Shown here piece by piece: positions 40,752-52,012 of a stretch of DNA of 64,000 bases. Position numbers and translations under genes: made by a program. Source of the stretch: Syncephalis fuscata S228 (taxonomy: Eukaryota; Fungi; Zoopagomycota); assembly GCA_025786725.1 (NCBI GenBank), contig JAHLTZ010000010.1, forward strand, positions 496,001 through 560,000, given 5' to 3'. Below the pieces are notes generated by a model. It had not been told where the DNA came from and did no database searches. It worked only from the letters and a program-made list of their open reading frames with translations. Numbering within the stretch: the stretch's first letter is position 1; each line of letters starts with the position of its first letter.

Positions 40752-43700
40752 ATGAAGCTTTCTATTGCCACTGTCTGCACCCTTCTTGTGGCTTTTGTAG
40801 CCAGTACAGTCATGGTGGACGCTATGCCAGCCGCAGCTCATGTTGGTATGTTGTGATTACAATAAATAGACAAATTAATACTTTATTAACATATAACCGA
40901 CCATGGTAACAGTAGTCGGTAAGTTGTGCTTAAGGGCCACTGCCACAGCACTTAACATACTTTATCATGTGCGTTAAACACAATAAAATCATTTGCTAAT
41001 TAAATCGAATTAGAGTTATTAATGCAAGGTAAGTCTAACATAAAATACTAAATCAAATACCACATTGATAATGCTAACATGTTGGATTCACATTAATAGA
41101 GCGTAAGTAACATTGTTCATTAATTAACTATGTATTAAGCATATTTATGCACTGCATGTTTAACTGATATTGACAGGTCGTAAGTGACACTGTATACCAA
41201 TTATCTATGCCCTAAACATATGTTATGTGCTATATTTTAACAACTTATGTTGATAGTTAGTAAGTGACGTTACATATCAATCAACTATGCACTAAATATA
41301 GCCCGTGTACCGTGTGCTTAATAAATCTTTGTTAATAGAAAGTAAGTGGTATTGATCGCAATAAACTATGCACTGTCTTTTTATTAACTTGTATTAATAG
41401 ACCGTAAGTAGCATTGTATAGCAACCAGCTATGCACTAAACATGTACCATGCATTGCATTTTTAACATTTTATGTTAATAGTTGGTAAGTGGCATTACTT
41501 ATTAAGCAACTATGTACTAAACATAAACTATGTACCGTGTGCCTAATAAACTTGCTAATAGAAAGTAAGCGGCATTGTAAATCGATTAGATATGCACTAA
41601 ATATTATCATGCGCTGTATGCTTAACAACGTTTTATAATAGAGCGTAGGTGGCATTGTATAGTAGTTGGGTATGCATTAACATATGCTATGCACTGCGTG
41701 TTAAATTATTTGCGTTAACAGAAGGTAAGTGCCATTGCATGTCAATTGGCTATGTGCTAAACATATACCATACACTTTGTGTTTAACAACTTATGTTGAT
41801 AGTTGGCAAGTGAAACTGTATATCAATCGGCTATGCACTAATAGATACTGTGTATTGCACACTAAATGGCTGCTAATAGAAGGTAGGTTGGATTGTCTAC
41901 CGATTGATTGTGCACTAAATATTCTCATAACTTTGTACTTAACTTGTTCCAATAGAAAGTAAGTAGTGTTGCGTATCATTCGTCTATGCACTAAATATAT
42001 GCCATATACCGTTTGTCTGATGGCATGTGTTAATAGTTAGTAAGTAGCATTGTATATTAAAACCCCATTTGCTAAACATACATTATACACCGCTTGTCTA
42101 CTAATTTGTGCTAATAGATAGTAAGTGGCATGATACATTAATAATATATATAATAAATACATGCCATGCGCTGTATGCTTAACAACTTTTGTTAATAGGT
42201 CGTAAGTGGCATTTTATAACAGTCAGATATACATTAAACATATACGGTGCACTATGCGCTTAACAACTTGTACTAATAGATCGTAAGTGACATTGTGAAT
42301 TGATTAGCTATACATTAAGCATGTGCCATACATTGCATGTTTAATGGCATTTGTTAATAGTTAGTAAGTGGCAATGCATACCAATCAGCTGTGCACTAAA
42401 CATAGATCGTATACTGTCTGTTTAATAACTTGTGCTAATAGCTGGTAAGTAAAATTTATATTACTCAGTTATGTATTAAACACACGATATATATACTTTA
42501 CGCTTAATAATCTATATTAATAGTTCGTAAGTGACATTGCATATCAGTCAGCTATGCACTAAACATATGCCATGCATTGTGCGTTTAATCACTTGTAATA
42601 ATAGTTAGTAAGTGATATCTCATAGCAACCAGCTATGCGCTAAACATATGCCGTGTATTTTATAACTTGTGTTAATAGCCTGTAAGTGCCATTGCATAAC
42701 AATCAGCTATGTGTTAAACATATGCTGTGTTCTGGGTATCTGGTGAATTGTTATTAGGTGGTAGGTGGTATAGTATAGTAATTATCTAGGCAGTAAACAT
42801 ATGTCATATATCGTTTGTTTAATAATTCGTATTATTAGGAAGTAAGTGACATTGCCAATTAAAAACCATTTACTAAACATATGCTATATACCGCTTGTCC
42901 AATAACTTGTGTTAATAGGTAGTAAGTGGCACTGTATACCAATAGGCTATACACTAAGTATATACTATTCATTGTATGTTTAATAGCCTGCACCAATAGT
43001 ACGTAAGTGCCATTGGATGCCAATCAGCTAAGCACTAAATACATGCCATGTATTTTGTTTTCAACAAACCATATTAATAGTTAGTAAGTGGCATTGTATA
43101 ACAATAGGCTATATACTAACCATTTAACTCATACTGCCTGTTTAACGAATTGTGTTGATAGTTTGTAAGTAATATTGCCTATCAGCCAACTATGTACTAA
43201 AAAGTACTGCTACTTTGCGCTTAATAAGCTTTCTCAATGTTGAGTAAGTAGCATTGCGCATCAACTAGTTATGCACTAAACATATACTGTGCACGATTTG
43301 TTCAATAACTTGTATTAATAGGTTGTAAGTGGCATTGTGCATTAATCATCTATACGCTAAATACTTAACTTGTACTGCATGTTTAACGAACTGTGCTAAT
43401 AGTTGGTAAGCAATAGTGCCTATCAACTAACTATGTACTAAAATATATTGTGCACTTTGCGCTTAATAAGGTATCATGATATTTGGTAAGTAGCATTACA
43501 CTTTGATCAGCTATACGTTAAACATATGCCATAACTATGTATCCAATAACTTGTATTAATAGTTAGTAAGTTACACCGCATATTTCCAGCTACGTATTAG
43601 ACAAACTCTAAACTATGCATTCAATGGCATTTCTAATAGATGGTAAATGGAATTGTACATTGTCAGCCATGCACTAAATATATGTCATATTTTGTGCGTT

Positions 43701-44792
43701 TAATAACTTGTTTTAATAGAAAGTAAGTGACATTGTATAGTATTGAATGTGCTTTAAACATATTTTATGCATTATATGTCTAATTATATGCATCAATAGA
43801 GCGTAAGTAGCATTGCATATCAAGCAGCCATGCATTAAACACGTGCCATGTACTGCGTGTTTATCATTTATGTTAATAGGGGGTAAGTAGCATTATGTAT
43901 TAAACAACCATATGCTAGACATATGCCATATAATGTTTGTTTAATAATTTGTATTATTAGGAATAAGTGACACCATCTATTAAAAACCCATTTACTAAAT
44001 ATATGTTGTACGCCGTTTGTTAAATAATTTGTGCTAATAGATCGTAAGTGACACGATACATCAATAAGCTATAATAAACATATGACATTGTTGTATGTTT
44101 TACAATTTTTGTTAATAGGCTGTAAGTGGCATTTTATACCAATCAGTTATGCACTATGTATTTAACAACTTGTAATAATAGATCGTAAGTGACATTGTAT
44201 ATCGACTGTCTATGTACTAAAATATGCCATACATTACACGTTTAATAACATTTGTTAACAGTTTGTAAGTGACAATGTATAGCAATTAATTATACACTAA
44301 TCATATACCATGTCATGTGTGCGTAATAACTGTCAATAGCAAGTAAGTGACATTGTATATTAATTGGCTGTGTATTAAAACACACTACGTGTTATGTGTG
44401 CTTATAATCTGTATCAATAGTCCGTAAGTTACATTGTATACTATTGCTCTATAAGTTAATCATAAGACATGTGTTGTATATATTTACAAGCATAAGTTAA
44501 CCGGCGTCTTCAAGACATTGGTACCGGTTGTATAGCTGGACTGCTAGTCCCATATATTCTAGGTATATATTCAACAGAAATTAAGATTATTTGGCAGCAG
44601 CCGTCCGGGCCATGTACATGCCAGCCTCTAGCCAATACTCCGAATTATTCAGATTTTAACCAATGGCGTTACTATGTTACCAACAAGTCTGCATTTGGCT
44701 GTGCATATTCAATCATACAACTTGTAGTAGTAAACACGTTACTTTGTTTTAATTATATAATTGAGCTTATGTATATGGCCATACTTGATTGA
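40752..44792 (+). CDS. Micro-exon gene, copy 2: ~185 aa secretory/membrane protein from ~46 exons, about 40 of them 3 nt long
   Basis: Exon 1 at 40752-40845 (signal peptide); 3- or 6-nt exon ending 40918; 15-nt exon 41014-41028; 43-unit array of YAG|NNN|GTAAGT at 41100-44423; terminal in-phase open frame 44497-44792. The manual splice is free of stop codons. Confidence 0.78.
41100..44423 (+). repeat. Tandem array of 43 diverged ~80 bp units (intron plus 3-nt exon), copy 2
   Basis: Approximate consensus GTAAGTGGCATTGTAT...GCTATGCACTAAACATATG...TTTAATAACTTGTGTTAATAG-NNN. Confidence 0.95.
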
Positions 44793-45276
44793 ATCCAATG
44801 ACTAGTAAACATTAATCAGGCAAATGTATTAACAGCAGGCCTGTACAATATGCTCTATTGATACTAAATAAGTCAACATGCTTACAAAATATTGTAGATT
44901 TTTATTATAATAGATTTATTGTACACACATATCCTGTTTATATAGATACTCTATCTATCCATATCATTTCCATTCATATCCATTACAATGTATATAGTTC
45001 TATAGTTTACTAAATACATGCTATTAATAAAGATTGTTTGTTTATTGCCAATTGTATTTTTATGCTTTTAGCCCATTATACTCACTCAGCCATACACACT
45101 ATATCTTCACCGGTATTGTTCATACATTCTCTTTTACTCATTTTTATATTATTCTACACTCTATTAACCATACCTTGTCTATCAATTCCATGCACTTTTG
45201 GCTAGTCATTTGAATCTACATTATTTTTAACAGTTTATATAAATCTACAATTTATTCTCAAGTATAAATGTAAATC

Positions 45277-46703
<1,427 letters not shown>

Positions 46704-46832
46704 GGTGAATACTATTGGCAGTAACTGTCGTGGTAGACGCGGTGTTGTAATGTAAAGATAAAGCAAACAATAAAACGCGAAAATGTCACAAACAAAACAA
46801 AAAACGCTCAACGAGCACAATTTATTCGTATT

Positions 46833-47132
46833 TTAACAAAATTGCTCACTTTGACTCAACTTGACTGGAACGGCAAGTGCAATTGGTTCAGTATTGATGC
46901 TATTATCAATACCAGTATTATTACTATTATTGTTATTATTTGTATGTTCAGCTGGCACAATACCAGATGAATATTGTGCCATAAATACGCGACGTGTCCG
47001 TTGGCTGGCATTTCCTTGGCTACAGTGACGCACTCGATCTGACATTAGGAGAATGGAACCAGCTGGTAACGACACGGTGATTGTTGAATTGTTGGTCATG
47101 CCAGGAGTAGGATATACGTTACATGTGGCATA
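46833..47132 (-). pseudogene. Orphan 3' fragment of the PhyH-family gene at the end of the duplicated arm
   Basis: Matches 20731-21030 only; the upstream exons are absent. Confidence 0.85.
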
Positions 47133-48068
47133 TTTTTTTAACAACTTAAATCTATGTTTTCATTTATTTGCTAAATAATATTGTTGATTATCATATACAC
47201 GTGTTACTCTCAAACCAATACTCTATACTGCCAATAGCTTGTCATCATTTGATACAATATTAATGTAGGTTCCAAATAAATGATAATGTCTTATGACGGG
47301 TGCAACAACCATGCTAAATTCATACATACCCTTTTAGGAAACCGTTGAGGATACAAATGAGGGTCAAAAAGGGCAATAGCGGTTAGAAATAAACACTTTA
47401 TATTTGGTTCATTGAATATGTTAATAGCGTTTTAATAAAACTATTTATTTATTTACACAGAATGTTTAATTAATGATGCATAATAATATTTAATGATCAA
47501 AACATAATCACTCATAATAAATAGTCCAAAGACAATTCCAACTTTGACCCTGAAACAAAATAACTTTCAAGGCTGCTGTCGTAGCAATTCTCGACTATTT
47601 GCCCCGTAGACTTGCTACTGCCCGAGTGATTTAAAACCCGGAGTCAATGTTAGAAATATTTCTGCACTGAAAAGGCGAAATAGTTCATGGATCACTACGT
47701 GAAATTTCAAATTTCCCTTTAAGGCTAAGCATTTTAAAACGTTGATGTAACGAAGTACTAACCAATGTTGTTTACTACTCCTAAACCGCAGTAGTATTAA
47801 TTGATAATGCATTCTGCTCTGCCTTCCATACTTCATCGTCTTACCTACTTCTCATTGCTCGTTCACTGCCACTTCCTAGCCATCCTCCTAGCTACACCTA
47901 CTGCTGCTGGATAAAGCTTTTATTCAGCCTTTCGTCGCGGTCCTGTCCCTCTATTGACATCACTATATACATACACCTACACACAGTATTGTGACGCTGG
48001 TCGTTACAATTATTTCAAACCTTTATCACCGCCAATCATTCGATTGAACAAATATTTTAGCAAACAAA

Positions 48069-49595
48069 ATGAAACACAATTCACTGTTTTTACTCTTGCT
48101 AGCCAGTTCGCTATTGCTGATGCCCTTAAGTGCTGATGCATTCAATCGGCAACGCTTACTTTGCCTAGTAAATAGTCATCGTGAAAAAGCCAAACTGAAA
48201 CCTCTATTGGAAGATAGCGTATTGAATGTTACCGCTGACAAGATATGTGCCACTCGTGCTAAAACTCAATATCAAGACTCGGCAACACCCGATGCATCGC
48301 TGCTAAAGGAGATCAACACGAATGGCTATCGTAAATGGGTTACCGTTGGACAGGCCGTCGTACGGGGTGCAAAAGACGAGGCTGACTGTGTCCAGCAATG
48401 GATGGCCAACGAGACGGACCGTGCCCGTTTCCTTAATCCAAGCTTTACACGATGGGGCGGCAGTGTAGTCTATAACCAAGGTGTCGGCTATTGGACTGCC
48501 ATGCTAGGTGATGATGGGCTGCCTATGCCTACGGATATACAATCCTGTCCAGTAGGTGAAAATGTACCGGTTGAAGGAGAGCCAGGTACTGGTAAAACAA
48601 CAACAGCGCCAGCATCTACCAATTACTCAACGCCCATCTCATTTGAAGTGCCACTAACCAATCAAATGCCTAACGATAAAACGACACCCCTGCCAACATC
48701 AGACGAATATTCAGGATCCAGCCCATCAGGGCAGACAGCCAAGTCACCAGCAAAGCCTGTAGATAACACTTTAACATATACACCTACGCCAGATGTACAG
48801 AAGCCATCTACTACAAAAACGCCACCACAGCCTAATGAGCCAATGATGTCAATATTGCCTATCATGCCTGTAGAGGCACCAACCAACATGCCTTCTGATT
48901 CTTTGGAGAGCGATATTAAAATTACAGTGTCTACCAAAACGTCATCTGGTTATGGTACGGCCGAATCTTCTAATGCACCAGCATCGTCTAATAGCAATTC
49001 GGTCGCATCAGCTAATGGAGAAGTGAATACACCTGCTGATTCTACTTCATACAATGCTGAAACTGTATCAACTGAATCCGCTTATGGATTCCCTTCGTCA
49101 ACTGATGTTGAAACAGATGATGACTCAAATGATGAAAATACTTTTAGCGTTGATACACCTCCATCTAGCTATCCATCGTCATCGGTTAGCGTCAATGGCA
49201 CAAACAGTACACCTAATGGTGGCACAACAAGTGTTGATACGCCAACAGATAGTATTACTACATATGGCTCTACCAAGTCAACAGATAGTCAAGTATCTAC
49301 TACTGAAAATAACGCGACCATACCTGATAAAACGATGGACAAATCACCGTCATCCGGATCTGCTTATGGCAGTAGTAGTGGCAGTGGCTCTTATAAAAAC
49401 ACCAAATCATCAAAAGATAAAAATTCTAAACAAGCGAAGAAACCCAAGGGAAATAAAGGACGCAAGGGACGCAAGAGCCGTAATCGCCATCATAAAGGTT
49501 CAGAAGGCAATCCATCCTCAGGCAACAAGAATAAGAATAAGGACAAAGGTGCTTACAAGGATACATATAGTACAGGCATGGAGCGCGCCTATTGA
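48069..49595 (+). CDS. Secreted protein: divergent CAP domain, long Ser/Thr/Pro-rich stalk, basic Lys/Arg tail
   Basis: Signal peptide; motifs CLVNSHR, VGQAVVRG, QQWM and YWTAMLG; low-complexity C-terminal two thirds. Confidence 0.85.
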   Translation: MKHNSLFLLLLASSLLLMPLSADAFNRQRLLCLVNSHREKAKLKPLLEDSVLNVTADKICATRAKTQYQDSATPDASLLKEINTNGYRKWVTVGQAVVRGAKDEADCVQQWMANETDRARFLNPSFTRWGGSVVYNQGVGYWTAMLGDDGLPMPTDIQSCPVGENVPVEGEPGTGKTTTAPASTNYSTPISFEVPLTNQMPNDKTTPLPTSDEYSGSSPSGQTAKSPAKPVDNTLTYTPTPDVQKPSTTKTPPQPNEPMMSILPIMPVEAPTNMPSDSLESDIKITVSTKTSSGYGTAESSNAPASSNSNSVASANGEVNTPADSTSYNAETVSTESAYGFPSSTDVETDDDSNDENTFSVDTPPSSYPSSSVSVNGTNSTPNGGTTSVDTPTDSITTYGSTKSTDSQVSTTENNATIPDKTMDKSPSSGSAYGSSSGSGSYKNTKSSKDKNSKQAKKPKGNKGRKGRKSRNRHHKGSEGNPSSGNKNKNKDKGAYKDTYSTGMERAY

Positions 49596-50287
49596 TTAAC
49601 GTGTTTTATTTTAGCTAATAAATATTAATACCGGTTATTTAAACTGTTCTATCTAACAACATTTGTATCATTGTGCTGAATTGCTGTAATTAATCTATAT
49701 GTATTTACAAAGTGTTATCGGAATGTAATTTACCGATGAGACGGCAATTGTGCCACTTTTCTCTTTGTGACTACATAATCGACTCAATAACCAATGGGGC
49801 TGTATTCATATCACCAATTGATTTCGGTGAAAAATTAATCCTTTGATGGATCTTTACTCCCACGCTTATAGACTATTAGGTCGCCTATAATCTATATTAT
49901 TTATAGGCCACTCGCCTCATACAGTCATATAACATGTGCGTGTTTGTGTGTTTGTGTGTAGGCATCGAGAATATATGCCTATTTTCCTATTTACCTTGCT
50001 TTTCTCCTTACTTCTTTCCTCTCACCTACTCACTCGCCCTCTCTATCTTCACTCTTTCTCTTTGTTAACACCACATTATTCCTCACATTTACTGCACCTT
50101 TACTTGTTAACTAACTAACTAACTAAACTCAATAACAATCCATCAAATAACAATCTACCTACCGACCATTGCACTTTTTGTTATACGCTTATTACTACGT
50201 GATAGTTGTTTGTTAACAACGGCAACAACGGCAACAACAACAACATAGTAACATTCTAGAACCTCTCTATTTTCTACGCATTGCATC

Positions 50288-51475
50288 ATGGCGACAGTTG
50301 CTGCTACACGTCGTTTGACCAAAGAGTATAAGTTGATTCGAACATCACCGCCCGACTACCTTATTGCAAAACCGCTTGAGCATGATATTCTTGAATGGTA
50401 TATATTAGAACGGCGATCTAGGAATAAAGCTTACCTATTGACCTTTGTATTTAGGCATTATGTTCTAACCGGTCCTCCAGATACGCCTTATCTTGGAGGT
50501 GAATATCATGGTATGTAACACTGATACATGCACGTGTATCAAGGTGTCGACGATACGACAAGCATTACTTACTGTATGCTGCATTTGATCGATCACCACT
50601 ACAGCTACAATATGACTATACAAATTGACAATCTAACAATTACTATGTATTTATTTTGTTTTATAGGTAAATTGGTTTTCCCTCCAGAATATCCGTATCG
50701 TCCTCCTTCAATCTATATGATTACGCCAAATGGTAAGTAGCTATTATTGAAGTAGTAATTGCTATTGACATGATGGTTATATAATAATCATTAATTGCTA
50801 ACAAATGAATACTCAGGACGCTTTCAAACAAATGTTCGCCTTTGTCTTTCTATGAGTGATTTCCATCGTAAGTGGCATTATGTTAAACGATAAGCGTTCA
50901 ACGTAAATTGTACTGATTAATTACTAATTACTATGTATTGGCGGTAATTAGCTGGTCATTGGAATCCATCCTGGTCTGTAGCCACTATTTTAAATGGTCT
51001 CTTGTCGTTTATGGTGGGCGATGAAAGCACTACAGGTAGTGTGCATACCTCAGAGGCGGATAAGCGCTGGCTATCAACGCGATCACATGCATATAATCGG
51101 TCAAATAGCGAATTTAATGAAGTATTTCCCGAATTGTGCTTACCGGAAACCACACCAGTTGATGTGACACGACATACAACAGAAAGTAGACCAGTCGAGG
51201 ATGATACAACGCTAACTGCTGCTAGCACACCCGGATCTGCAGCGGTTACCAATAATAATTATACAAATACTAATGGTGCGGTGCGTGTACGCACTCGACA
51301 AATTGCTACTATGAATGCAGCCAATAGTACAGTCACTAATCGACATCAAGGTCAGCCAGTAGCAGCAGGCGGCACATTTTTACCCAGTGGTGTTGAATCA
51401 TGGGGAAAATTTATATTACTATTTGTTGTCATTGTTTATCTGATAGCTGTTAAATTGGCAGCACGGGCCACGTAA
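50288..51475 (+). CDS. UBC6: ER-anchored ubiquitin-conjugating enzyme Ubc6/UBE2J2 (multi-exon)
   Basis: Motifs ATRRLTKEY, GPPDTPY.GGEYHG, FPPEYPYRPPSIYMITPNGRF, RLCLSMSDFH and WNPSWSV; C-terminal transmembrane anchor. Confidence 0.92.
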
Positions 51476-52012
51476 TTATAATAGCGATAATGATGATCAT
51501 ATTAATAGAATGAATAGTGTTGAAATTAAGTTGTAAGCTTTAACACACCATTTCCATTAATATTTATTATCTTATCTTATTTCTACGTCGATACATACAT
51601 CATATTTATTGTTTCTTTTATATATATGATTGTATGTTGTGTATGTCTCTATGTGCATATGGGTCTCTGTGCCATCCATCTCACTTTTGTGCTAGGCTTT
51701 TCTATTCTATAACTTTTTGACCTTATTCTATGGTGATTTTGGCTGTATTCACCATGGTAACCATCACTAACCACCACCATAACAGCAGCAATCATTACAA
51801 AGGCTTCTAATTTCCTTATACTTTTCATCGCTTATCATTGGTATCTAAACTAGGTACACTTTTATTTACCATAATTATTATTGACATCAAATAAACGAGT
51901 TTATTTGAATTAATGCATATTGTAATCATTATATATCATGTTTGAATAAATGAATGGTATTTTATTAGTTATACACAATATCTATCTATATATATATATA
52001 TATATTACATTG

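Noticed and set aside
41100-44423. CRISPR array
   Set aside because: The context is eukaryotic and there are no cas genes. Whole units are mutually homologous rather than identical repeats with unique spacers, and the conserved parts are splice signals.
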